From Phoronis australis (lineage: Eukaryota; Animalia; Phoronida), in contig NMRA01000171.1 of NCBI GenBank assembly GCA_002633005.1, forward strand, positions 602,669 through 666,668: 64,000 bases of DNA, in the 5' to 3' direction. Numbering within the stretch: position 1 is the first letter of the stretch; each line of letters begins with the position of its first letter. Positions 26,852-40,684 of this stretch are shown here, piece after piece. The notes beneath the pieces are model-generated. The model saw nothing but the letters and a program-made list of their open reading frames with translations. It was not told where the DNA came from and ran no database searches. Position numbers and translations under genes: made by a program.

Positions 26852-28660
26852 TTTTGGCGAGTAACATTGACGACAAATGTTAGGGAAAGCCCACCCCAAG
26901 AACCGTGATATCCAATCTTAATGATTGATGTAAGTAGTTAGTGATTTTACAATGACAGGATCGACTTTGGTGGAAATGTTGTCAAATCCTGTGCCATATA
27001 CATTTCAATTTGATACCGCCGAAGGCCTTTAAAACAATTTCCCCATTTACTGCTTGAAATTTAAATATTTTTTTGCTTAGGATTGGGTTAGAAAGAGTAA
27101 AACTTACTGTTTCTGTGGACTGGTAATTGGTTTGCCGATGATGAGCTAACGTATGTAAAGAAGTTGATAAATCCCTGAGCTATTGACATTTTATCAAATA
27201 TCGCGTCTGTTTCTTTTGTTGTGTGTTTGCACAGATACAAACGAAGTATTCTTTTCCTAATAAGGTATTTAACTGTCGACTCGCAACGTATCGAACAATT
27301 CTTCGAGCTCAACGCAGAGACGATTCAAACCAATCACATTTTTATGGAATATATTCATAAAAGAGCGAAATAGCTTTAAGTTGAGAAATTGTCCCATATG
27401 TTAATGAAAATACGAATTGAAAAGTATTTTCTGTCATTACGTACCTATTACCCACAATAACGTATGTGTGAAATATCCTTCAACAGAGGACTACTCGAGT
27501 TTTTTTTTCGTGGGCCAGATATTTCATCTCGTCGACTCTACAATCGATTGTTTGCTGTCTTGGAATTGTAGTGTGTTAATCACGTACTTGTACATCACAG
27601 GGAGCATTGTGTGAAATTCCCGGGCTGAGAGACCTCCTACTGCGGGTGCCAGGTCGGCTAATTCCCACTCCCTTTCGCGGGGTAGGTTTTCCTGCCTCAC
27701 CCCTACGAAATTCAAATTGAGGGGCCTATTAGACCCCGCGCGGGTGCCGCAAAACTTGCTAAAAAAGTACCGCCTACCCGCAATTTTTGGTACACGCCTG
27801 CGAGCACCTTGTCAATATGAGTGATCCCCCGAGATGAAATTACAACGATCACAAAGGGCATCCACTTTTCTCGTCGATAACGTCACTTAAGAGTCTTTGG
27901 ATGTAGTTTCGTCCATATGAGAGGGTAAAGGAAAGGCCAATTGTAAAATTTCACTTAGGGTCCGGTTTGGAGAAGTTAATTTTATTAGAATCATGCATTG
28001 AAGGGGTATACTTATAGTTTGAGGGTGCCTGGCACACTACTGAATAGACTGCTTCAAAACCCCTTGTTGAATATGGGTACTCGAGTTTCTAGTGGCAAAT
28101 AATACTAAACTACCCGAATGTCATCATTCTATGTCAAAATTCATCGAAATATTAATTACTTAGAGGGTTATTTTATATTGGCAAAATCACCTGGTGCAGT
28201 TTCGAAAATGCATTTTTGTATTACGTAGTTATATAAGAATATGTAGTTGGGGCTAGCCATCTCCAGATGTATTCAAGAACTTGATTTCTCGGTAAATAAA
28301 CTTATTAAAGAGGAAAAATCGAATACTGGATATAATGACTCACATTTCGCTACGTTGCGTCCGCTTTGCGAGGACTTCGTCTTGGCTTCTGTTGTTTTGG
28401 CCAATAGATGGAGCTTTGGTCAAGTTTCGCGGTTGTCTCGCCTCCAGCCTCTATTAAAGTCTAGTGAACCTACATGACACTCGGGTCTACGTTGGTCATT
28501 TGCTTTACACCCTGCAACATGGCTATCCCGTGAGCTCGCCTGTTTCTTCTATTATGAGCAAAAAAAAATTACAGGCGATCTGGTACACGTTGTACTAGAC
28601 GTGCGCTGGCCGCTCATGTGGGCCCATTGAACTGATCACCTGGAACCATGCTGTATTAAT

Positions 28661-28906
28661 CATGCGCCTAAAAATGGACTGTTCGAATTTTTAAGAATGT
28701 GGACCTTTTAGTAACATTCACAGGGTACGTTCAGAGCTACGAATTGTGCATTCGCCGAATTTTGGTAGCTCCTGCCTTCTTAGTGGACTTTTGTATCGTT
28801 TCCTACTTTTTTCGGAGTTTTTGTTTCTCTGAGGCGAACCTTTTTGCCCACTTCGCCAAATGGGGGAGGGAGGGGGCTCGAACTAGCCCCCCTGGGTGCA
28901 TGCATG
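28661..28906. mobile_element. CATG-terminated MITE with a 5-bp TSD (hAT5-like), copy 1
   Basis: TTAAT|CATGCGC...GTGCATGCATG|TTAAT. The body (GAATTGTGCATTCGCC, CCAAATGGGGG) is shared with the copies at 48987 and 50351. Confidence 0.8.
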
Positions 28907-31900
28907 TTAATAGTTAAACCCGAGCTGAGGAGCTAGAGGCCTGATTCAAGGGTCTAGGAGTGTGCCGCAGTAAGACTCAGTGGCAATCCACTCACGGAGA
29001 CTTTTGTTCAGCGAGTGCCCCGTGACTAACCATGATGGCCACACTCTGAGGCAGTACGACACTTTTGTCATTATCCGTAATAAATTCACCTTCACAAAAC
29101 AGATCTCTGGCTTTTCAAATAGACTTGTCACGGTTTTAAGAAACAACATTTGCTGCTAATCATTTCTCACCTGAGTATGGAAAAAAAGACCAATTTTAAA
29201 GCGAAAAGTGTTCTCAATCAAAAATTCGCATCATGAACGGAACGCGGGCTTATTGATTCAAACCACTCATTGGTTCGCAAGCAGTTCGTGATACGTTCTA
29301 TAGACCATTATGAATTGTGACGCTTTCCAGTGAAAATATTTGTGAGTTGAACTGCGGCAAAAGAAGCTCTCAACAGATGGGGCTATCTGCGCGCAGGACT
29401 TCCACCGTGAAAGCATTTAAAAATGCGGAAACATCCAAGAGGAGAAGACTTAACGGACAGAATAATAGCAACATAGGTCCTCCACACGGGTTATCTTGGG
29501 GCCTTCTATTGACTTTTGTCTTTTAAAGTTTGGTTAAAAATATGTCTACAGATGGCGCAACCTGTTTCACGAAAAAAGACTAAGGCTGAACTGAATTCAG
29601 AACAATCTGCTAACTGAAAACCCGAAGTCAAAAGACAAAACCCGTGCCTTCTGTTCGACTACACCTGAAGACAAAATGTTTCAAGAAGGGCAAAAGACAA
29701 AAAAGCAACTTTTGGCTATTCGTAGTCAGATTTCTGACCGTTGGCTGAAGTCAAAAGACAGAAACCTTCGGAAACATTCGTCACCAGCTCTTCTCAAGTT
29801 TACTTTTTAAACAGATTGAAATAATTGCTGTTCACAAACAACTCAATTCTCTGTTAACTTCGAGGATACAACTCCGAATGAAAATTCGAAATGTAATGCA
29901 AGGACACAAAATGTTAAAAAATTATGTCGTTTAAACGAAACCGAGTCCTAGAAGACATGCACGTGTGTCTCAACATCGTTGACCCATGTATGGGGCCACG
30001 ACTTGTTTTTAATCATCTCCGCAATACAGGACGTGATTATGAAACCAGGGTGCTGGAGTCCTCGGGATGCTGACGAAACGTCACTGAGTGGCAGCCATTG
30101 TTACCAGTATTCGTTTTTTACATCGACCAAAATTTCTTCATTTATTCTACTACTACTGGATGTTTGAAAATTTACACTCTTGGTACTTTTCGTCAGCTCA
30201 TCAGGCGCGTAGCATGTTTTCCAATGAAGGCAGCAAAAGACTGTGAGCGCTCAGTGGATAATTGGAGGACAACAAAACCGTACTTTATTTAAATTTATCT
30301 TGGTTTAATATAAGCATCTGGATTCGTACCTTTAACCGCAAAACGGAATCTTGAGATGACTAGTTATTTCAATTCGCCGGAAAAGCGAGTTCAGTTGAGT
30401 TTCAATTCTGGGGTCACCGTATTTTAACGCAACATGTAGAACGTCGGCCGAGGAATAGAGTATCTATTTAATGCTAAAAAGACAGTGTCTAAAGTGGACA
30501 TCGAAAAAATAATCTTTACGGTTAATGCATTCGTTCGATTCAGGTTTATATTACAATGTTAATCTGTATTTCATTGAAGTTTTTAAAGGACACATGCATG
30601 CATTAGTAGTACTGCATATCATTGAACTTTCTTCCAGTTCCGCATTTTGCCCTATACATACATAATGGATGCACTTTGTTATTTAATTTTTATCGGTAAA
30701 ACTCGTGCAACTTGTCTGTGGGCGAATTTCAACATAATCTAGTATGCTCTCAACACATTGTTATCTTTGTGAATATTTAGTTAATTTCAGATTATTCAAT
30801 AGTTTCTACAAAAATATTTTCAAATGAAAAACAATGATATTATTTCGACGTTCGACTGCCATTGTTGATTCATTCCCTTAAATATCTTTTCAGTTGGCCG
30901 CATTTTAGGGTTCGTCGATTGACTTGTCGACAATTTCAAATTTTGAAATGGACCGCGAGAATTATTCACCCCAAAGACCTGTACTGTTACCAATTTCACC
31001 GTTCTTGCCCTCAAAAACGTGTACTTCAACTCCTCATCGATCATTAAAACGGAATTTGGAATCGGAATTTCTGAACTCAACGCGGTTCCTCAACGCATTC
31101 ACGCTGACAGAAAGTGCGGGAGTCGGATGTTTCGGTCCTCGGGTGTCCTGTCCGATCCCCGGGGTTCCTGTTTTAAAAGTCGAGGTTCGAGTTTTTTGGG
31201 GCTGATTAGCTGTTTTGAAGGCGAAGGAGTATATTTGTTTTACACCGGGGTTCCAGTTTCAATGGAACACCTTGTGTTATGTCTTACGAAGACCATTTAT
31301 GTCGTTAAGACTGAACGCTTCTCGTAAAAATACACGCTCGTGTTAATTGACTTTCGTAGTAATTACTAACAGAACGTTGTTGGGAAAACAGCGTCAGCAT
31401 CCCTGGTGATATTTCTTATCTAAAAAATTAAATTAAATAGACTGAAACTCTGTAGAACTCCAAACTCATTAACCCCGGTCGGAAAGGTCACATTTTCATA
31501 GGGAAACTGAGGGGCCGCGGAAATCAACTTTTACCACCGGGTGTAAACTTTTACTACACACTGCAAAACTATAAGCACGCCCACTTTAACACGGAACCTG
31601 AACTCCATCCACAGGCATGCTGTGGGTTTTCAAACTTGGCAGAGCAATGAGACAAAATCTCCATCGTTGCAAAACGCAAGATCTACAGTCATGTGCGGGA
31701 AAACCAGCGATCCGCGGTGCAGTAATAGGTTACGTAGCATCAAGGCAATTGCCGAAAACCCTGCCGTCAAACGAAATTTGTCCCCTTGTTTTTTTACGCT
31801 CATCTCTCAACATTGAAGTCAACTGAAGCATTTCGAATAAATTATTCAAAAAGTTCCCAGAAAGATGGCCGGTTGAATCCCACGGTGATCGGATGACCCC

Positions 31901-32059
31901 GCTTGACTGTCATGCATACTCACACAACGTGATGTATATTTTATTGTTATCGCTTTATTCCCATGGTAAAATACGTTGCTTTTAGTCGTGTTGAATGCTA
32001 CAGTGAAAAATGTTAAGGTCACGTTTCATCGACCTGCATCAAAGTGAATCCTTAATTTC

Positions 32060-32240
32060 CAAACCAATAAAAAGCTGTGTATTAAGTGGGCGTGTCAGCA
32101 TAATATAATAAACATCTTCTGATTGGCCGCTTACATACAACTACTTATTACTTGGCTTGCTTCTGTTATCACCGAGGACGCTTTCTCCGTTGCGAGGCAG
32201 TTAAAACCCACTTCGCCTGACATTTAGACGATCGAAAGCA
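32060..32240 (+). promoter_or_regulatory. Putative promoter and non-coding first exon of TPPP paralog A
   Basis: CCAAT box (about 32064), GC/KLF box GTGGGCGTGT (about 32086), inverted CCAAT GATTGG (32121), then donor GCA|GTGAGTAGT at 32240/32241. Paralog B has the same donor context. Confidence 0.55.
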
Positions 32241-34158
32241 GTGAGTAGTTGTCTAAATGACATTCAATCTGTTAAAATCAACGCACAAATGTGCATGATA
32301 AGGTTTTTTACTATACACCCGACAGATAATCTTTCTGCACTTGTTGTAAAGACCCGTCTGTCCCATGGGTAGCTGCAGTGACGTCATGAAATTGTTTGCA
32401 CAAGAGTTCGTGCTTTTGACCCTGATCGAGGTGCTGAAATTCACAGTGCTGAAAATATGCCTTGATTGAACTCTGTGCTGTTGTATGGAACTGGATCTGA
32501 AATTCTGAATTGTTGTGCTCAGACTGAGAGACCTTCACTGATGTCTGATCGACCAACATATTGACGGTGACCTGATTCACCGCACGGGTCATCGTGGTCA
32601 TAGAAAACGTGACCTAGTTCGGTGTTGTTTACAGTTCATAGCACAGAACCAGTTCTCAAAGTACCGGCAACGGGTACAATATTGTGAACTGTGGTGGTAA
32701 GCATGGTAGATTATGTCTTGAGGGTGTGGATCAACTTTTCGGCAATGTCTAAAGTCCTTCTGAAGCAAGTGTTCCATTTTGTTCTTCGGGACTGCGCTGT
32801 GTTTCTGTTTTGGATCTGATTCGATTCCAGTAGACTACTGCAGAGTGACAGTCACGCGGGTTAGGTCAAGTCAGCGGGTCACAAACTTCAAACTTGAATT
32901 TAGAAGTCAAAACTGTGAACGCATCAGTTGAACGCCATTCGGTCCATGGATTTATCATGTGTTAGTAAGAACCAAGGGAAACTCGACGTATAAATGAACT
33001 AAAACAAAGGATGCCATTGCCAGCCCTGATTATCGAACCAAAACTATGGTTTAAAACGGCGCTGCATGAGGGCATTATTCAATTGGCATCATGTACCTTT
33101 CAATTGAAGATTTAAATTTTCGTCGTTGAAAACTTACAGAACTAGAATGTGTTAAACACTCTACTTTAATAAAAATAGGTGTCATACATTCAACACTTTT
33201 ACAGGATTGCATTTCCTTTACCGACTGGCCGCTACGGCACTAAATGCGCCATTTTCGAAGGTTGGCGAATACTAAAGTTAGTTTCTTGGGTCGCTGAGTC
33301 ACGGGTTTCGATGTTGTTGGTGTCGGAAACAGGATCATATAACCGTACTGGGTTATCTGAGATAGTATGAGAGTAAAAGACCTAATTTTCGTTTTAGTCA
33401 GCTAAACTGGGGTAAATGCAGCTGTGGGAGTGACGATTTCCATGATCATATATATTTGCATGTACACGTATATTTCTTCCGACTTGGTACAGTCAAGGCT
33501 GCCATTCAACGGACATGCATTGTCATCAACTTTTCCTTACAAAAAGAAAACAAAAATACGATGGATAGGGATAAATTGCAGACAAATGCAATAAGCTGGT
33601 AATTCAGCAATATGCCTGCAGACTTGAAAGATTCAGTTTAGACTGTATCGGAACTCCGCGCGTGGTTTAATTTTTTTTAGCTACTTTCAACGTAAAATGC
33701 AAAAGACTATGCTGCAAATGTCAATTTAATGCTGTAAATTGATAAACCTACTTCCATAAAAATTCTGGGAATCTTTATGAAATCAGCCTCAACTTATACC
33801 CTACTCCCGCGATTAGAAATGATTAAAAGGTTTGAGAACTGGCAGGTCATTAAGACTTCAGAACAGCGACCCATGAGACCTGGCAGGTCATTAGGCTTTA
33901 GGGCCTGCAACCCATTGAGTTACTTGTCGCGGCGGGTTAGTCGCCAGAACAGGAGAACAACATGGGATTTACTATGACCAATTCAAACAAAGGAAAAAAC
34001 GTGATGACTTTGCTTCGGAATAGTAACTTCGGCTGCGAAGAAAATTGATGTTTTTACCACCAGGACAAGGTTTGCAGAGAATCAAATTTCATTATACAAC
34101 CGAAACTGAATCAAATAATTCTTCAACTAAAACTATGTCTCGTTCAGGTTCAGATAAA

Positions 34159-35544
34159 ATGGCTGACGCGGGATTTGACGAGAAAGAATTGATTGCGTGC
34201 TTTGAAAAATGCTGCACCTTTGGGACGAGCGGTGATGCCCCCAAGAAGACAGCGACATTAAAGAATTTGACGAAATGGTTCAAGGACGCTGGAGTATATG
34301 GCAAGAAATTGAGTACAACCGACACTGACATCTGTTTCAGTAAGGTCAAAGACAAGACCGGCCCCAAGTGAGTCCACAACGTTTCAGTTACCCCATCGAT
34401 TGTATTGCTTTATCCAGACCTTTGAAACTTGGTTGGTAATCTATGGAATCGTCCCACTGACAGTGGCGACACCTTCCTCTCAATATAGATATTCGGTTTC
34501 AAGCTCCCAAAGACTTCCTATTGATTGATCAGCGGCAGTACACTGCCCTATTGAATTCTGAATTGGGACTTCAAGTGAGCGCAGCGTAACACTTCACAAC
34601 CACAGCAAAAATTAGGGAAGCGTGTTATTAGGAAATGTGCTATTTTTTCAAAAAGAAAAAAGAACAACCGAACGTAAGGGGTGGATTATGCTCTGATGCA
34701 ATTATTTTTGCGTTTTGTTGATTTCAAAGTGGCTGGTTTCGTTACATGGCTTGTTTTCTCGACACTTTTTATACACCTTCGTGTTTTATTCACGCTTGGC
34801 GTTTCAGGGAAATCACCTATAAACAGTTTCTAACTTTATGTGACGAAGTGGGTCCCAAATACGGTGACAAAGATAAACTTAAGGCTGCCTTAGCGAAAAA
34901 GCACATCGTGGCAACAGGAACAACTGTAAGTAGAGTTCTCAAAGCCACTGACTTGCTAGTGTCGTCAAGAATATTGCTCAAAAATGACCTGTTTATGTTT
35001 GTTCCTGACATATTTTGTAACTGGCAACTATAGTTGGCAGGGATTTAAGTGCGTGTACAGATAGGTGTAGTTGTCTCATTGTAAAGTGTAAGGCACAAAA
35101 ACTGAGAAAATGCTGATGTGACTATTCAGAGTGTTGTTGAGTTGTCCTCAATAATTTGCTAAGATTCTCGTAAAACGTATAGCTTTAAGTTGTATTTCAT
35201 TTGCGTTCCTCGAGAAACCAACGTCAGGAACACCAACTCTTTAAGAAAAGCATTTTATCATTTTAAATGTTGTAAAATGTCTAAAAATTGAATTGTATCT
35301 CCGAAATGCTTATATGCTTGCGGGTATCTGACTATTAATAAATTCTTTGTGCTAGAAAACAAGCAAAACTGGCGGAGTTGCGAAAATGACCGACTCGTCC
35401 CAATACACCGGATCTCATAAAGAGCGCTTCGACGAGTCTGGTAAGGGCAAGGGTATTGAAGGCCGAGTGGATCGGGACGCAAAGGCCGAAGCTGGATATG
35501 TTGGCGGATATAAAGGAGACGGATCGTACGACGCTAAAAAGTAG
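34159..35544 (+). CDS. TPPP: Tubulin polymerization-promoting protein (p25-alpha family), paralog A, 171 aa, 3 coding exons
   Basis: Exons 34159-34367, 34808-34925 and 35356-35544 (GT-AG, phases 2 and 0). The protein has [59 protein letters not shown] and [13 protein letters not shown], the canonical p25-alpha motifs. Confidence 0.96.
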
Positions 35545-35933
35545 GCGGAGGAATCATGCCCTTCTACTGAATATCACGTTTATACACTTAGTAAGCCTAT
35601 TTATTGGCTGGTTTCTTTTAGTGTTGTTTTCTAGTTTGTTGTGTTTTATGCTTATTGCAATGTCATTAAACCACTTTTTAGGTGGTTTCGGCTGCCATAG
35701 CTTTCAAACAAGTCTTTTTGTCTAACACCGACAGTAAACCGTCATCTTCCAGTGGTGTACCAGCGGCACTTAAAGGAGTTTGGTCTGAGTTCAAGTGGAG
35801 CATTTAATAGGAAACGTTGCTTACTAAATAACATGCGGGATTTCCTTCATGGGCATTATGTTCAACAATTTCACGTTTATACAAATATGTAAAGCAGACG
35901 TAAAAATGTTTGTGAAATTTCACGTTTATTGAC

Positions 35934-36056
35934 AAATTTGAATGATTCAAAATGTGTAGAAGGGAATGTTTTATCTATGTTTTATTGTCTAACATAAATT
36001 TGAATCATTCAAAATGTGTAGAGGGGAATGTTTTATCTATGTTTTATTGTCTAACA
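35934..36056. repeat. 61-bp tandem duplication in the presumed TPPP-A 3' UTR
   Basis: AAATTTGAAT(G/C)ATTCAAAATGTGTAGA(A/G)GGGAATGTTTTATCTATGTTTTATTGTCTAACAT occurs twice. Confidence 0.9.
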
Positions 36057-39000
36057 TGTTGTCTGAAATACCAGTCCTAGATTTTACTGTGACTGTGACC
36101 CTCCTGTGTTTTGTATATGAGTACAAAGTATGTAAGCCATTCCCTATTGTTTTAAAAGATCTGTGTCTCTTGACCCAAAGGGAAGTCAACCTTCGAAGCC
36201 AGAAAAATCCATTAATAACCCAACTCGTCAATTATAATACATGTACCAACTTCTTTCTTGTACCTGTCTTGCACTGCATATGTGCGAATTTAAGCTGGTG
36301 CGACTATATACTAAATAATTCTTTTTGCAAAGAAAATGTGTTTGCGTTTTTAAATGGGCATGCTCCAAAGTTTCGCCTAAAAGCCCAGGCGGTTATCCTT
36401 TGTATTTTAGTATTTCTTAAACTGAGTGTTTTTCGCGTTTTCATTTCCATTCTTCGTAACTGAATATACTTCAACACCTGTCATTTTGTAACAGATAAGT
36501 CAAGTTTGACTAGCGCAATATTCTAAAAATGTGGTCATTAATTTTACAAGGAGTTTCATTCCAAACAGCCTATTGGCTCAGATTCACATACATAAGTCGC
36601 ATCGACCTCGATACGAACTTTTACGGCAACTATGACACAGTCGGCTATAGGATATGAAGTCGACTAAAATGTGCACTAGACAAACTTACGTGACAATCCT
36701 ACAAGTGAACCACCTCCTAGACACACCTATGTAATGCAGAATCTTATTCGTATTATGTTGGGTTTCGTAGATAGGCCCGCTTTATCTCCAAATGTTTCTT
36801 TTCGCATGCTTTATTTCTCAGAAACTGTCACATTTGCTACTCATTGCAGAAGATTGTTAGTTTCAACAAAACCTACGCATTTATTTGATTTTTCGTTATT
36901 GTTGATGATCTCTGTACAACTTAACTCATTCCGTCCGCTTTGTTAAGTAAGCATAAACATGTTTAATTCATAGTTTAGTTTCGATTTTTTCATTTTATTT
37001 AGCTTCCGTATTGATTATGTGCTTGTTGCTATCACAGTTATTTTACCATTCTTGTATCTCACGCTAAGTTTATTAAAAATAAAACACGCCTGAAACATAT
37101 ATTGTATTAATCGCTAACTAGCGTTTGGAAGGAACTTCCTGCCCTTGGGTGGCGTTATCTCAACAACTAAATTGACGGAACACTCTTTATCTCAACCACT
37201 AAATTGACGGAACACTCTCTGGAGCAACATTATAAAAGGCGGACAGTGCTACAAAAACAACATTAATGGATATCTCGCTTGCAGAACAAGTAAAATTCGT
37301 TCTCTGTTAACGTGAATAAAACAAAACCGAGACTAATTCACACAGAGGTTTTCGCTTTTTGCCCATTTTACGAGGAATGTTTCTCCATTGTATCGGAAAC
37401 ATTGGTAATTCAGGTTGCATAACAATAACCAATGAACTGAGAAGGATAGAAAGACAAAATAACTTTACACGTGCATAGCAGAGAATAAACCTCAAATCAT
37501 CCGAGACAATGCACCTCCGTGGACAAACTGAAAACTACGCAAGTATAAGAAGGAAGAAGATGTTGACTGGAGGGTAACTGGGCGGTTATATGGTAGAAGT
37601 CGCCGCACCCTTTCAATTGGAAATCTATGAACTGTTTCTTTTTGTTATAAAGTGTTCTGTAAGTCTTTGTTGTGATCACAATGTGTACAGTCGGTACAGG
37701 TACAAAAAATCGACTCCTTTGTGCTTTTATTTATCTTACACTACGTTTATTATGCTTTTGTGTCTTTGGTGTTAATTATTTACTAGGTAGAATTAACCCG
37801 CAGTGATTGTACGAGGACGCGTTTGCCTAAAACTGTGTCTTCATCTCGAGATGGACTATGTATAAACCAGGGGTTAAAATAATCCTCCAAATCCCGTAAC
37901 GGTTGTTCGTGTTTAAGATGAATTTTCATCCACGACATAATACCATATTTGCGCGACCTCTCTTGTTGCTGGAGGTGAGTGGACGCAGCGGTGCCGGGTA
38001 CGTATTATCCCCCGATATTGATTTTCATTGTGCGCTTAACTCGAATCCATTCACAGTGTTTCAACAAACATTCGTTTCATGAGACCTCAGCACAAATGCC
38101 CTAGTCAAATACATTCACGTTGTTAGCGACATGATTGACTGTTAGACTTTGGTATCAACTCATCAAAAAAGCTCTTTACGTACTTAAGCTTGTGTTTAAC
38201 AACGTGTAGTAATGCAATGTGTACGAGCTTTATCTACAAAATATTCCGTAACGCTGACCTCTTTACAACGAGCAATGATTTTAGTCTGTAGTCCATTCAG
38301 TGTCGGAAAGAAACTTTTCACCCGTGAAACATTCATGGCGCATGTCAAAAGAGCTTTTTTAAAAATTGCATTAAAAAAGTGATCACGATGAAACTGATCA
38401 AATGGGGTCGCGAATCACTAAAGGCATATCGTTGTGAAATTATGCTTCTTGAAAAACACATTGTACGTTGAGTCGGCCCACTTAGATCAGTATTGCCCTC
38501 GGGATGATCCTGTGGATTTGTTTGGCAACGTGCGGGGCTTGGAGTGCCGGCTTGCCGACACCATACAACTCCGCGTTGCGATGGTAACAATCGCTCAAGC
38601 ATGCTCTGATCACCTGAGTTTAAAATGTCACTCTGATAGTGTTGGTAATAAATCACTTCAGTGTACACGATGCGGGAACACAACACAACATCTCATTACC
38701 AAGCGCGAAGGTTGGCACATGCAGAAACCGTGGTAGCCTTGGTCCGGTCGCCAGCATGTAGTCAGCTTGGTGTGAACTAAAGTGCAGATAGTTGGTTTCT
38801 AACTATCAACTTCCCTATTTGGAAACTTACTGAGTTGACAGGTCCGTTTTTGCTAATTTCGCGTTTAAAACGACTTATTCGGAATTCAGTTATAAAACAC
38901 TGGTTGCTTGATAGTTTGGAATCAAAGAATTCGTAGTCTAACGTAATAATGCCTCAATAAATGCACATGTATCGCTGCTGCTCAGCAAAGCGAGTTTTCC

Positions 39001-39489
39001 ATTATATGGACTTCCCTAATTCGTGGACAAACCGATTTCATTAAACTTATTTGAAATTCTTCCTTCAAAACTTTTTCAAACATGGCATTATCACAGATTT
39101 TATTGAGTGCATATTGCCGACCGCGGCCGCAACCTAACTGCGCGTACAGCGCTCCCTATACTTTAATTGCACTCTAGTCCAAATGCTTTACACAGGCAAT
39201 TTTGGTTAATCAAAAAAGATTTTATGTGAATTCATATCAACCATTTCTCTGAATGGTGATTCGATATGATATTATATGGTATTGATGGTTGGTTTAAAGA
39301 TGGCATAGACTCATTAAATTGTGAATACGCAAATGAAGTAATAATTTACAAACAACTCCTGACCCTCCAGTGTGCACGAAACCATCCGAGATCCAGTTAC
39401 CATTACAATATCGAGAAAGTCTCGTTTGCAAAACTATTTTTATGTAAATGAGTAAGGTAATATTTCATCGTTACCTAACAAGAGCAGTT

Positions 39490-40684
39490 TTTATTACTAT
39501 GGGCCACATGTTTATGTGTGGACGCATTATGCCGTCATCTCCCTTCCTTCCGTCCGTCCGTCCGTCAGTCCGTCCGTCCGTGCGGCGTCCGCTGCTCTAT
39601 CTCCAAAACCGATGGACGTACTTTCATGAAATTTTGCGCGTTTGTTTCTTTCAAGAATGGGATGGCATGAGCGAACTTTCGGACGGATCCGACTACCGGT
39701 GTGCCCCCTAGTGGCAATTTTAGTTTTTTACGTTTACCTCTCTGTCTTCAAAGGGCCTCAACGTATTTTCATAAAATTTGGCATATAGGCATCTATTAGT
39801 GAGATGATGCTATCCTCCTATTTAAGGATGGATTCGACTTAGTTTGCGCCATCTAGTGGCCATTTTGCTGTTTTCAAGTCTGTTTTTCGACGTCCACTGC
39901 TTTATCAATCAAACCGCTTTAAGGATGATGTGTGTTCTTACTATGAAGAGGACGACTGACGATGATTTTCCGACGATTTTGACTACTGTGGCGCCTCCTA
40001 GTGGTAGTTTTGTTTTGTTTCAGGCGATCGAACGAACGCTGTGCCCTACTGTGGCAATTTCATTTTTTTCCGTTTTCCTTCGTTTCTTTGAAGTTCCTTG
40101 ACATATATTTATGAAATTTGGTAAATAGCTTTTTATTAAAGAAACGACGACATGTTCCCGTTTTCAGATGGATTGGACGTTTTTGCACCATCTAGTGGCC
40201 ATTTTTATGAAACAAATAAATAACCCTAGAAGCATACTGTACCGTTTGCGATGCATTCGCGTTGCTCTTGTTTGTTTATTTCACTATCAAATAACAATTG
40301 CTTAATATTTAGACTTTTTATATGTCCACACTTGTTTTTAGATCAGTTGAAGTGCTTTCTTTAAAACCACAATTTAATTACAGATTATTTCTTTTCCTGA
40401 TTATATTTGGTCACACAGTTCTCCAGGAAGTCACTAGGTGGCGCTTTCTACAAATTTAAATATTCACGGTTTTAATGAGACATAGCATCTTCAATGTGAT
40501 ACTGTGCTTTGGTTATCACCAATCGTGAATACAACCATTTTTGATGTGGAGTAAAGAAACAGATGCAAGATTATCTGGAGATACGCTGTTCAGCGATAAT
40601 TACTGTTCCCGTGACTTGTGTTTGCTATCTGTGGATTAGTACAATGTGATGTAGACGGCCCATCAGAAGGCCTGAGTCTTGGTT
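39490..40684 (+). mobile_element. Helentron-associated interspersed element (HINE, DINE-1/Pearl-like)
   Basis: Starts in a T-run with sub-TIR ATGGGCCACAT and a nearby inverted copy ATGTGTGGACGCAT. A (CCGT)n microsatellite follows at 39549-39581, then internal ~145-bp repeats with ATGAAATTT motifs. The 3' sub-TIR ATGTAGACGGCCCAT (about 40649-40663) is followed by a short tail ending in TT. Confidence 0.75.
39701..40444. promoter_or_regulatory. Cluster of CTCF-consensus motifs inside the HINE
   Basis: Minus strand: CCACTAGGGGGCAC (39701-39714), CCACTAGATGGCGC (39846-39859), CCACTAGGAGGCGC (39991-40004), weaker CCACAGTAGGGCAC (40041-40054) and CCACTAGATGGTGC (40185-40198). Plus strand: TCACTAGGTGGCGC (40431-40444). 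Binding is not demonstrated. Confidence 0.6.

Noticed and set aside
27600-27720. Possible HDV-like ribozyme (ACC-TCCT...GGT...GGCTAA)
   Set aside because: I could not build consistent P1, P2 and P4 pairings, and the L3 loop is too long. It is more likely GC-rich transposon sequence; an Infernal or RNArobo scan would settle it.
30060-30100. Hammerhead-like CTGACGAAAC
   Set aside because: There is no stem II between CTGANGA and GAAA, so the catalytic core cannot form.
38345-38736. Antiparallel 100-aa and 113-aa ORFs
   Set aside because: No recognisable motifs or exon boundaries; compatible with chance ORFs in locally GC-richer DNA.
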